IMG/VR virus record: IMGVR_UViG_3300028948_000734
Origin: a virus
DNA: 27,184 nucleotides
Direction: 5' to 3' (one strand)
Part shown: positions 16,708 to 24,623 of the stretch, piece after piece
Layout: each line of letters begins with the position of its first letter
Position numbering within the stretch: position 1 is the first letter of the stretch
Notes under the pieces: model-generated
Databases searched by the model: none
What the model was told of the DNA's origin: nothing
Seen by the model: the letters and a program-made list of their open reading frames with translations, nothing else
Made by a program: the position numbers and the translations under genes

Positions 16708-16786
16708 TCTCCGAATAAATAAATTGTGGGACAGCCCGGATCTCCGAACTGGGTTTTTGATTGTTGGCGCAATCAAATCACCACAT
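16708..16786. repeat. Conserved repeat B, about 79 nt (copy 2 of the HNH-upstream element)
   Basis: About 90% identical to 13336..13414 (see above); its 3' part continues into a module shared with repeat C. Confidence 0.7.
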
Positions 16787-16806
16787 TATTTATTATAAAA
16801 ATCACG

Positions 16807-16835
16807 TTGACATAACCGCAGATATACATTAAATT
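16807..16835 (+). promoter_or_regulatory. Promoter-like element TTGACA, 17 nt, TAAATT within the conserved motif TTGACATAACCGCAGATATACAT
   Basis: -35 TTGACA at 16807-12. The same 23-nt motif recurs at 17224-46 upstream of the next gene. Confidence 0.45.
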
Positions 16836-16851
16836 ATATTTAGAGATTATT

Positions 16852-17166
16852 GTGACAGATATCATAACCCAAACATTTGCTGTTAGCGATCAAATTAAAG
16901 ATAATCGTGATCTCAATGACATTCTCAATGCCACAGTTCAGGAAGTTGGTGAACTAGCAACAGAAATCTCTATTCATAAAGGTTATCGCAATGCGCCGCA
17001 AGGTAAGGATGGTATTGTAGGAGAAGCAATCGATTCAATTGTTTGTCTATTGGATATTATTCGGCGATATGATCCACTTGTAACCCGTGAAGATATCGAA
17101 AGAATTGCTGCGATAAAACTCAACAAGTGGGTAAACAAAACTAATATTCGAGACAACATTAAATAA
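16852..17166 (+). CDS. MazG-like nucleoside triphosphate pyrophosphohydrolase (small all-alpha NTP-PPase)
   Basis: 'VQEVGELATEI' (EExGE metal-binding helix), 'GIVGEAIDSIVCLLDIIRRY', 'IERIAAIKLNKWVNK'. GTG start; there is no in-frame Met anywhere else in the ORF. Confidence 0.6.
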   Translation: MTDIITQTFAVSDQIKDNRDLNDILNATVQEVGELATEISIHKGYRNAPQGKDGIVGEAIDSIVCLLDIIRRYDPLVTREDIERIAAIKLNKWVNKTNIRDNIK

Positions 17167-17185
17167 AAACTATTAGACAGCCGAC

Positions 17186-17247
17186 GCAATCAAATCATCA
17201 CATTAGTTATTATAATAATTGCATTGACATAACCGCAGATATACATA
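17186..17247. repeat. Repeat C, about 62 nt, sharing the 3' module of repeat B including TTGACATAACCGCAGATATACAT
   Basis: GACGCAATCAAATCATCACATTAGTTATTATA…TTGACATAACCGCAGATATACATA aligns with 16770..16831. Confidence 0.6.
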
Positions 17248-17294
17248 ACATGTAACTAATACATAATACAATTTCAAATTATAGGAATATATCA

Positions 17295-17819
17295 ATGATC
17301 ACACTCAATGAATGGATGGATCTAATTAGTTATAAAGTAACCGGCGGTGGCAACTATGAATGGAGTTGTTACGGCCTTAATTCCTATGCACTTGATTCGT
17401 GGAATGGCCACCACGGAGACGGCGGATTTAGTTTTGGTATTATTTTTGACACCACAACTCAGGATGTTTTTGAAGTAAGTGTTTGCGATTATAGTCGCAA
17501 CCGTGCATATAGGATTATCAATCCTGATTATAAACCAGCACATGATTCCGAAGCTAAAACCAGGTCTGTGTCATCTTGCCAAGCCTGGGATGATGTTGAC
17601 TACATTGACCTTGATAGTGACGAAGATTTTCTAAGCAAGGCTCGAGCAATTCACGCCGGCGAAGATTATGACACTAGAGTAGATGTAACCATTGAGTTCA
17701 CCGACGAAGAACTGTTGAAATATATGAAACTTGCACATGAGCGTGATATCACCTTTAATCAGTTCATTGAGAGTGCATTGCAGAGTTTCTTAGAGAAACA
17801 TGACAATAAACAAGAGTAA
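17295..17819 (+). CDS. Hypothetical acidic protein
   Basis: AGGA upstream; Asp/Glu-rich; no motif. Confidence 0.5.
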   Translation: MITLNEWMDLISYKVTGGGNYEWSCYGLNSYALDSWNGHHGDGGFSFGIIFDTTTQDVFEVSVCDYSRNRAYRIINPDYKPAHDSEAKTRSVSSCQAWDDVDYIDLDSDEDFLSKARAIHAGEDYDTRVDVTIEFTDEELLKYMKLAHERDITFNQFIESALQSFLEKHDNKQE

Positions 17820-17828
17820 GTTATTATT

Positions 17829-18098
17829 ATGTCAGACTGGTTTCTAGCAACTAATACTCCTACTAAATCAGGATATTATCTAACCGTTCATTATTACGAA
17901 TATCAAAAATGCCATCTCCGTAAAGCATTTTGGTATGATGTTATGAAATCACAATGGTTGTTTAGATATAAACCAGATGTAAAAATTTGGTATAATAGAT
18001 GCTTTGAATTTTACGTTCCCTGTGAAATGCAGGACGACGTCAAAGATATTCCAGCGGAGTTTCTCAAGTTGATTGAGAATCCAACACACGAGGTTTAA
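17829..18098 (+). CDS. Hypothetical protein (89 aa)
   Basis: Tandem same-strand ORF. Confidence 0.45.
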   Translation: MSDWFLATNTPTKSGYYLTVHYYEYQKCHLRKAFWYDVMKSQWLFRYKPDVKIWYNRCFEFYVPCEMQDDVKDIPAEFLKLIENPTHEV

Positions 18099-18109
18099 AT
18101 TTAATCTAA

Positions 18110-18742
18110 ATGGTTTTCAAATGTTCAATTACTAAAAATGATGCGTATCTAAACATTAGATTCAGCAAATATTGGAAAAAGCTTCCATTTAAAATTTTTG
18201 GATATTCTGTATATGTAGATAACCGATATCCAAAATATAGACACATTTACATTTATGACCATACACACCGACAAGCAGTTATGAGGCTAAATTTACGCCC
18301 TGTATTATTCAATGGTATAAATTTTTACAATGTTGATAGTGCATATGTACATCCTGAGTATCAAGGTAGAAGTATTGGATTAAATCTATATAAGAAACTA
18401 ATCACCGAATATCAAATCAATCTATTAACTGTGGGATCACATAGCCGGGGTGCTAGGAAAGTATGGAATGATCTGGCAGATACTGATTCTATAAATGCCT
18501 ATGGCATACTATCAGACGGATCAAAAATATGGCGATGCCGTGCCGACAAGAAAAAACGACAGATCCAAAGCCGAGGAAGAAATCCAAAAGTATATTCTGG
18601 AAAAGAAGGAGTCGGTATTGTGCTTGTTGAAGCAGGAAGCCTTGCTGAATCTCAGCTAGTAAAAATTCAAAAAGAGAAATCAAAATCTATAGATATATTA
18701 AAAACGCCAAAGTGTGAGTTTCATGCTACCATTTATTCTTAA
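18110..18742 (+). CDS. Putative GNAT-family N-acetyltransferase-like protein
   Basis: 'VHPEYQGRSIGLNLYKKLI' resembles GNAT motif A (Q/RxxGxG/A). The rest is unassigned, and the basic C-terminal tail is unusual for GNAT. Confidence 0.35.
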   Translation: MVFKCSITKNDAYLNIRFSKYWKKLPFKIFGYSVYVDNRYPKYRHIYIYDHTHRQAVMRLNLRPVLFNGINFYNVDSAYVHPEYQGRSIGLNLYKKLITEYQINLLTVGSHSRGARKVWNDLADTDSINAYGILSDGSKIWRCRADKKKRQIQSRGRNPKVYSGKEGVGIVLVEAGSLAESQLVKIQKEKSKSIDILKTPKCEFHATIYS

Positions 18743-18743
18743 T

Positions 18744-19001
18744 TTATTCTTCTTTGACCTTGCCCCACCCTGATTTAGCTCTAATAGCAAAAGCCAACTC
18801 TCTCATACGACCATATTCAGAGCTACCTTTTTTATGAGGGCCACGAGCTTTTAAAGAGTTATACATCTTTAATAGTTCAGCCTTAGTCTTTCCTTCGTAT
18901 TTGCCACGTTCTCGTGGAGACACTGTTGTCGACACTCCCCATTTTTCATCTAGGCTTTCTGTTAGTATATTTAAGTATTTTCTTAATTCATTTGAGCTCA
19001 T
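18744..19001 (-). CDS. Hypothetical basic protein (85 aa)
   Basis: AGGAG upstream on the minus strand; co-oriented with the kinase-like gene. Confidence 0.45.
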   Translation of the reverse strand: MSSNELRKYLNILTESLDEKWGVSTTVSPRERGKYEGKTKAELLKMYNSLKARGPHKKGSSEYGRMRELAFAIRAKSGWGKVKEE

Positions 19002-19085
19002 TGATATAATTCTCCTGTAGTTATTTACAATTGATAAAAATACACAGACTATACTTTTAGCTATCTTCTACTTCAGCATTGTCAA

Positions 19086-19703
19086 TTAGAACGGATCTGT
19101 TATTACCAATGTATTATTTCTTAGCATGAAATTTTGATAATGAATATCAAAATAAACTTCTCCAACATTCTCAGCATATAGGATTAATTTATCAACTATA
19201 TCTATCCATGATTGATCTGGTTTTTTAAATTTTGCAAAAATATCTGCAAATCTTAACTGTCTTAGCTGGTTAAATTCTAGACCGTGTTTTTTTAATTGAT
19301 CGACTACAAAGGCTTCTTCATGATCAGGTGCTTGTAAATCAAATTTAGCTAACTTAACAATAATATACGCCAGTTCAGAAAAATATTTGGTATTCAAAGT
19401 TTCTTCACTGATTGGCTGTAGTTTTTCCATTTTAACATATTTAAAACTGGTACCGGGTATAACTCTAGCATCTTTTGAAATCTTTGGAATATGAATATTT
19501 GTAGAATTTAACCGTGCAAATTTAACAAAATTTTCATATGACCGGTTGCTGCTAAAAACCTTAATAACATAATTCTTTGTTGGATGTTCGAATACCCATC
19601 CGTATGCTCCTCGGCCCAGAGGTTTCCATCCATATTTGTCAGCTACATATTGTAATTTTTTCGATTTAAGTGCAGCACTAACATCTAGTTCTAAAATTCT
19701 CAT
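19086..19703 (-). CDS. Protein-kinase-like fold protein (eukaryotic-like Ser/Thr kinase, Kdo/WaaP, or APH-like)
   Basis: Gly-rich loop 'LGRGAYGWV', 'YVIKVF' (VAIK-like Lys), catalytic-loop-like 'FDIHYQNFML' (D-x4-N), and 'ITDPF' in the DFG position. Confidence 0.5.
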   Translation of the reverse strand: MRILELDVSAALKSKKLQYVADKYGWKPLGRGAYGWVFEHPTKNYVIKVFSSNRSYENFVKFARLNSTNIHIPKISKDARVIPGTSFKYVKMEKLQPISEETLNTKYFSELAYIIVKLAKFDLQAPDHEEAFVVDQLKKHGLEFNQLRQLRFADIFAKFKKPDQSWIDIVDKLILYAENVGEVYFDIHYQNFMLRNNTLVITDPF

Positions 19704-19783
19704 GAACTATTTAGGCAAACCCTCTGTTAATTACTTAAATTTTATTATATACTAGGTAATATTCTACTAAAAAGGGTATTTTA

Positions 19784-20782
19784 ATGAATCTTTGGCGTAA
19801 TATTGCAGTTGGAGTCAGTGCTATATCGTTGATTTGCTCTGGTGCAGTCATTGATAACGTATTTGCCCAAAGTAAAAGTAGCAGTTCGAGCAGCAGCTCT
19901 AGTAGCAGCGGCTATAGCAAGCCTAGCAGTAGTTCTAGTTCTACAACTACGTCTAAGCCTACTCCGAACACAACTACACCATCAACTGGTTCAGCTGCAA
20001 AATCGCCGGCCTCGACAAGCACTTCAAATAAGGCTATTAGCAACGAGCCTGGAAAGTCATCTCATGGGTATAGTAAACCTGGAGCTAGTGCAGCAACTTC
20101 TGCTGCTACACCAAAAACTGAACAACCATCTTCTAAGTCAAGTTCGTCTGCATTGGGAGCAGCAAGTAATCGTAAAGTAAGTGCCGATACATTAAAAGCA
20201 TATCAAGATGAGCGTAAGACCGCATCTAAACCTCCTATGCCAGTTACAAAAACTGAAACTGTTAATAATCCGGCTAGAACAACGTATAAAAATACGGACA
20301 CGTATATGCAGAATAGGACAACTGCTGTAAAAAATTATCAAAACACCTATCCAGACATTTCTAGGTATAACTCTGGTATGAGACCTAATTATGGAGTTTT
20401 TGACAGTAATTTTCTCACCGGTATGATGTTGGGATACATAGGCAGTGGACTAGTTAACAATAGCATGTGGATGTATAGTCACATGAACGAACCATGGTAT
20501 CAAAGCTATCGAGCAGATCTCAATGCACAGGCAGCTAATAATGCCGAACTAAAAGCCAAGGTAGCAGCTATGGATGCTGAGATCGCTAAATTGCAAGAAT
20601 CTGAAACTTCACTAACGTCTACAAACACACTTCCTAAAGAGGTAGATCCAGCGTTGGCTATCGCACCAGAAGCTATGTTTGCAGATGATGAACCTAGTTC
20701 GGGAATGAGCTGGTGGTGGAGTGTAGTGTTTATTATAATTGGAATAACAGTTGCAGTTGTTGCTATAAAAATATTCAAATAG
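19784..20782 (+). CDS. Ser/Thr-rich exported protein with an N-terminal signal peptide and a C-terminal transmembrane anchor
   Basis: N-terminus 'MNLWRNIAVGVSAISLICSGAVIDNVFAQ' is signal-like. About 150 aa of low-complexity S/T/P/A (SSSSSSSSSSGYSKPSSSSSSTTTS…). C-terminus 'WWWSVVFIIIGITVAVVAIKIFK'. Confidence 0.6.
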   Translation: MNLWRNIAVGVSAISLICSGAVIDNVFAQSKSSSSSSSSSSSGYSKPSSSSSSTTTSKPTPNTTTPSTGSAAKSPASTSTSNKAISNEPGKSSHGYSKPGASAATSAATPKTEQPSSKSSSSALGAASNRKVSADTLKAYQDERKTASKPPMPVTKTETVNNPARTTYKNTDTYMQNRTTAVKNYQNTYPDISRYNSGMRPNYGVFDSNFLTGMMLGYIGSGLVNNSMWMYSHMNEPWYQSYRADLNAQAANNAELKAKVAAMDAEIAKLQESETSLTSTNTLPKEVDPALAIAPEAMFADDEPSSGMSWWWSVVFIIIGITVAVVAIKIFK

Positions 20783-20789
20783 GTGAACT

Positions 20790-21539
20790 ATGAATTTAAT
20801 CAGCATTTTTAAGACTTTTATAAAGAATACTCTGAATCGAGAAAAACCATCACAGGTTGTTAAAACAACCACACCCATGGGACTACATCAAGGAAGCGTT
20901 GTTACCTTTCCTGACCTTGATTTTGTTCTGGCCGAGGCAGAAGGTGGTATTTGCACCGCTCCGACAGGTGCACTGGTAATTGATGCTGTCGGCAAGTATA
21001 AACTTTTTGATATGAATGTGTATCATTGTTATTTTGGCAATCGAGAAACATTTCTAAGACTGGTTACAAGCCCTGGCAGTATGACTGTGGAACAAGCTAC
21101 ATACTTTAGCAAGCGTAGTGAGATTTATCCTACAACTTCGGAAGAATGGGAAATCTGGCTTGGTAGCTGGCAAAAAGATGAAAACGGTAAGGTTATTAGA
21201 GACGACAATGGCAATCCTCTTAAAAATGAGGATGGGTTAATTGGTTTTCCCCGGTTTCAAATTGACGCCGATCCTCCCGTTATCTACGACAGGGAATGGA
21301 ATTCGGGAGATACATCCATTGACCCTGTTATTATAAAAGAAAGTGTTCTTGACTCTACAGGTCGTCAACACTATATTAGCTACGAAGCAATGGAATATTC
21401 ACGAAAACTATCAAATGACGAAAACAGTCGCAGTGAAAGCTTGCTAGCAAGCGTGGTTACGGACGATAATGGTGCAGCCATATGTGTTTTTATTGGTGTA
21501 CCATTAGACCATTCTGCAATTAAGGTCCTAGTTAGTTAA
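20790..21539 (+). CDS. Hypothetical protein (249 aa)
   Basis: AGGTGA 4 nt upstream; no motif recognised. Confidence 0.5.
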   Translation: MNLISIFKTFIKNTLNREKPSQVVKTTTPMGLHQGSVVTFPDLDFVLAEAEGGICTAPTGALVIDAVGKYKLFDMNVYHCYFGNRETFLRLVTSPGSMTVEQATYFSKRSEIYPTTSEEWEIWLGSWQKDENGKVIRDDNGNPLKNEDGLIGFPRFQIDADPPVIYDREWNSGDTSIDPVIIKESVLDSTGRQHYISYEAMEYSRKLSNDENSRSESLLASVVTDDNGAAICVFIGVPLDHSAIKVLVS

Positions 21540-21559
21540 ACTTTTTAGAAAGGTTACAA

Positions 21560-22279
21560 ATGAGCATTATTTCTAGTATTGTTACAACCAAGGCACGAGA
21601 TCTTCATGATACTGCAATCAAGCTAATGGCTAAATGGGATCCAGAAAGCGTTGGCGAAGCACAGATTAAAGAATGGGACAATCAGGCCCGTGATCTTGCA
21701 CGTTCGGCTGCCAAGGCTCAAACTGATGCCAAGGCTGCAAAAGAAGCAGTAGAAAATATTCGTAAGAATATTGCCAATTACACTGCTGCTGCAGAAAAGC
21801 TAATGAGCACAAATGAAGAGGCAGCAAACAAGGCAGCAGATGCTGCTCTAGAATGGCATAGCAAATTGGATGCCGCAGTTGTTGAAGAAAGTGATTCAGA
21901 ATCCTGGGCAAATGAAGTAAAGGCTGCCGCTGAACGGGCTCAGCAGCTAGTTATTGAAGGCCGGGATAAGATTGAGCGAGCAAAGCGAGAGCAGGCAAGA
22001 GCTATCAATGAAGCCACAGTGGCAGCTAGCCGTCGTGCAGAGCGCGAAAGAATGGCAGGTGTTACCAAGGGCCTCAATGGTGCTGATGCTGTAATTGACG
22101 CAATGGCTGCTAACACAAAGAATGCAAGGGAACAGGCTGTTGCAGACAATATTCGCAGTGGTGTACTTGGTAAGACCGTTGAAACTGACGATGCAATTAA
22201 GGCTGCTCTAGCTGAAATTGAAGGTGGTTCTAAGCCAAAGACACTTGCAGATAAACTTGCTGCACTCAAGCAGAAGTAA
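21560..22279 (+). CDS. Ala/Lys/Glu-rich coiled-coil protein, possibly PspA/IM30 (ESCRT-III-like) family
   Basis: The all-helical low-complexity heptad composition (read from the translation) and the order of an N-terminal amphipathic segment, '…KWDPES…' and long coiled coils resemble PspA ('…KAEDPQK…'). Higher GC than neighbours; strong terminator immediately downstream. Confidence 0.35.
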   Translation: MSIISSIVTTKARDLHDTAIKLMAKWDPESVGEAQIKEWDNQARDLARSAAKAQTDAKAAKEAVENIRKNIANYTAAAEKLMSTNEEAANKAADAALEWHSKLDAAVVEESDSESWANEVKAAAERAQQLVIEGRDKIERAKREQARAINEATVAASRRAERERMAGVTKGLNGADAVIDAMAANTKNAREQAVADNIRSGVLGKTVETDDAIKAALAEIEGGSKPKTLADKLAALKQK

Positions 22280-22287
22280 GCAAAGGT

Positions 22288-22318
22288 GATAGCAGGCTAA
22301 TAACCTGCTATCTTTTTT
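22288..22318 (+). terminator. Rho-independent terminator
   Basis: GATAGCAGG-CTAATAA-CCTGCTATC followed by TTTTTT. Confidence 0.75.
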
Positions 22319-22319
22319 A

Positions 22320-22892
22320 ATGTTAGATTTTAGTCTTGATTCTAACCAACTCTATTTTAGAGTATGGATAGGCTGGCCAACATGGTTACCATGGTTCAAT
22401 AATACCTGGACGTGGTATAAAAATTGGAGATTTGCCAAGCATAGTGCAGCCGACATTCAAATTGAATGTGATTGGTCATGTTTGTTTGAAATTGAGTTTC
22501 AGATAAATCGTAGAACCAGTCATAGCGGTTTACAATTATCGGTTGGCTTACTAAAGCATTGGATTTCTTTTAATTGGTATGACACTCGTCATTGGAACGA
22601 TCACAAAAATCGTTATTATAACGATGACGATTATGACAACATGTATTACACTATTGACGACGCTAATAAAAAAATCTTTGAACTTGCTCAAAAAATTAAA
22701 GGCGGAGTTTCTGATGCAGAGCTTGATAAAATTATCGAGGACCTTCCGCATTATAGTTGGGAGACAGCAATTGTTGCTAAACTAGCAGAATGGCAATATT
22801 CCACAGAAATCAACCGTCTAGCAAGACTCAGTTGGAATAAAAGCTTAGAAAATGCATGGTGGATTGATAAAAAAGGTCAGCCCAAAAAATGA
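22320..22892 (+). CDS. Hypothetical protein (start uncertain; Trp-rich N-terminus may be untranslated)
   Basis: The ORF opens directly after the terminator without an SD; the C-terminal part is helical and acidic. Confidence 0.35.
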   Translation: MLDFSLDSNQLYFRVWIGWPTWLPWFNNTWTWYKNWRFAKHSAADIQIECDWSCLFEIEFQINRRTSHSGLQLSVGLLKHWISFNWYDTRHWNDHKNRYYNDDDYDNMYYTIDDANKKIFELAQKIKGGVSDAELDKIIEDLPHYSWETAIVAKLAEWQYSTEINRLARLSWNKSLENAWWIDKKGQPKK

Positions 22893-23146
22893 GAAAAATT
22901 GAATACGACTATTATACTGAAAAAGAAGTGCTTGACGAAGCAAAGGTATACTGTGCTCTACGTGGTACATTACACATCTATAATGCATTGATAATAACAC
23001 GAAAAGGCAAAAACGACAGTATGCCTTATGCTGTATTAAAAAGCCTAGGCTTTGAGGAAGTTCATACCAGTGTTAAAATTATTAAACCTGGTGAAAAAGA
23101 CAGATATCATAAAAAAGTTGAATGGCGTAAGCCTAAGAACGTATGA
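22889..23146 (+). CDS. Hypothetical basic protein (85 aa)
   Basis: ATGA overlap with the upstream ORF. Confidence 0.4.
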   Translation: MRKIEYDYYTEKEVLDEAKVYCALRGTLHIYNALIITRKGKNDSMPYAVLKSLGFEEVHTSVKIIKPGEKDRYHKKVEWRKPKNV

Positions 23147-23153
23147 TAGAGGT

Positions 23154-23200
23154 AGACTAGCGTATTGAATGAGTATACGTTATAGTTAGACTAGCGTATT
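23154..23200. repeat. Direct repeat pair TAGACTAGCGTATT (23154-67 and 23187-200) upstream of the membrane-protein gene
   Basis: Two identical 14-mers spaced 33 nt apart (three helical turns) in a promoter region. Confidence 0.5.
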
Positions 23201-23235
23201 CTATTTTTGTAAATTTAAATTAAAGGAGATATATT

Positions 23236-23919
23236 ATGACGTTGGCGTTGTTATTTGCAGAGTTCGTAGCCATCATGGCTATTCCGCTCTATGCAGTAGC
23301 TATTGTTCTTGCATCTGCTGCAATCTGGATGCTTGCAGTTTGGAATGAAAAGAATGTAGCATCTGGTTTCATGTTGGTTGTATTTGGTACGCTGCTATGC
23401 TTTGCGTTGCAGTTCAATCCGTTCACATATATGGTATATAGCGTATCAAATGCACTAATTACAGTGTCGGCTGTTGTCGCATATTTGGCAGTTGGTATTC
23501 TTTGGGGATTTACTAATTGGCGGCTTGTGTTTATGTCAAAGATTTCAAATGCTCTTGCATTCATTGAAGAGGATTGGAAATCACACGTAGCAACTGAGAC
23601 TGCAGAGTGGTCAAAATACCCAGATCGTACTCGTAATCCTGAAGTTGGGTCTGACAAGGATAAGGAGCAATTTATCACTAAAAAGCTTCGTGATTCCAAC
23701 GTATTAGAGTATGGTCAGACCTGGCCTATTCAGGTTCGTCAGCATCTAGGATCAATTGCATTCTGGATGGCATATTGGCCAGCCAGTGTTGTTAACTCAA
23801 TTCTTGGTGATCTACTGTATACTCTATATACTCGATTCATTCTTTGGATCTCAGGTACATTCCAGAGTATCGTTGCCAAACAGGATGCAGCTATTATGGA
23901 TCGAATTAACAAGATCTAA
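23236..23919 (+). CDS. Polytopic membrane protein
   Basis: AAGGAG 7 nt upstream; three to four hydrophobic helices in the N-terminal 110 aa and another near the C-terminus. Confidence 0.55.
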   Translation: MTLALLFAEFVAIMAIPLYAVAIVLASAAIWMLAVWNEKNVASGFMLVVFGTLLCFALQFNPFTYMVYSVSNALITVSAVVAYLAVGILWGFTNWRLVFMSKISNALAFIEEDWKSHVATETAEWSKYPDRTRNPEVGSDKDKEQFITKKLRDSNVLEYGQTWPIQVRQHLGSIAFWMAYWPASVVNSILGDLLYTLYTRFILWISGTFQSIVAKQDAAIMDRINKI

Positions 23920-23940
23920 GTTAAATATCTAACAACTTGA

Positions 23941-23972
23941 AAAGGCTGAGATTAATTTCTCAGCCTTTTCTG
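23941..23972 (+). terminator. Rho-independent terminator
   Basis: AAAGGCTGAG-ATTAATTT-CTCAGCCTTTT followed by a T-rich stretch. Confidence 0.65.
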
Positions 23973-24065
23973 TTGAATACACTGCTGCATAATTAATAAT
24001 ATAAAAAGGTCAAACTACATGTAATTAATACTTGCAGTATTACAAAAATACGCTAAAATAAAAAT

Positions 24066-24611
24066 ATGTCACAGAATAGACTTGTATTAATACGGCACGG
24101 CGAATCAATGGGAAACTATTGGAAACCAGCATATCACGACGATCGTGCAAACTTCCTTTCAGATATTGGTATAAAACAAGCTGAAATTGCTGGACTTTTT
24201 CTAAAGCGTCATGATTTTGATTTTTCATATATTGTAACATCTGAATTAACCAGAGCTAGGCAAACTGCCTCAACCATATTAATCAACATGGGAGATTGGC
24301 AGAGGCACTATGATATTGATCCAAACTTTAACGAATTTAATCAATTTGGAAATCAGCCATTTGAGGATCATAAAGACAAGGTTTATAATGCTATGGATTT
24401 GCTGTTTGACACATGGACTGCAGGTGATGCATTGTGTGTCACACACTATCATACCATGCAACGTATATTTGATTATTTGCAAGTTCCGCGTAGTCAAATT
24501 GATTCATATGAGGGCAAACATGTGCCAAATGCAATGCCATTTGTCTATGACATGACCTCACCCGATAAGATTGAACTGATGGATCCCTATAGCCATACTC
24601 CGCAATACTAA
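24066..24611 (+). CDS. Histidine phosphatase superfamily (phosphoglycerate-mutase-like) protein
   Basis: N-terminal 'LVLIRHGESMGN' RHG catalytic motif. Confidence 0.6.
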   Translation: MSQNRLVLIRHGESMGNYWKPAYHDDRANFLSDIGIKQAEIAGLFLKRHDFDFSYIVTSELTRARQTASTILINMGDWQRHYDIDPNFNEFNQFGNQPFEDHKDKVYNAMDLLFDTWTAGDALCVTHYHTMQRIFDYLQVPRSQIDSYEGKHVPNAMPFVYDMTSPDKIELMDPYSHTPQY

Positions 24612-24623
24612 CAAGGATTTAAA

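Noticed and set aside
16852-17166. Doubt about the MazG-like ORF because it lacks an ATG start.
   Set aside because: The GTG start is retained. The ORF contains no internal Met at all, carries the characteristic EExGE/MazG helix motifs and sits downstream of the conserved promoter-like motif.
22320-22640. Trp-rich N-terminal 100 aa of ORF 22320..22892 (WIGWPTWLPWFNNTWTWYKNW…) as a genuine peptide.
   Set aside because: It begins immediately after a strong terminator, with no SD and an implausible composition. The real start is probably an internal Met, or the 5' part is non-coding. Only the ORF as a whole is reported, at low confidence.
105-24555. Numerous short ORFs from the six-frame track that lie antisense to or nested within longer, motif-supported ORFs. 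Examples: 105..290, 1146..1385, 1908..2150, 2172..2441, 2438..2749, 6534..6755, 7902..8240, 10417..10839, 10466..10705, 11122..11331, 11847..12095, 13596..13787, 13993..14187, 14003..14344, 14075..14278, 15311..15535, 16560..16772, 16983..17189, 17322..17543, 18489..18683, 19842..20180, 20506..20778, 20612..20878, 21666..21911, 21940..22269, 22551..22751, 22579..22785, 23289..23699, 24040..24240, 24279..24497, 24310..24555.
   Set aside because: Each overlaps a longer ORF that has an SD and/or recognisable protein motifs on the other strand or frame. They have odd, low-complexity compositions and no SD, so they are most likely spurious.
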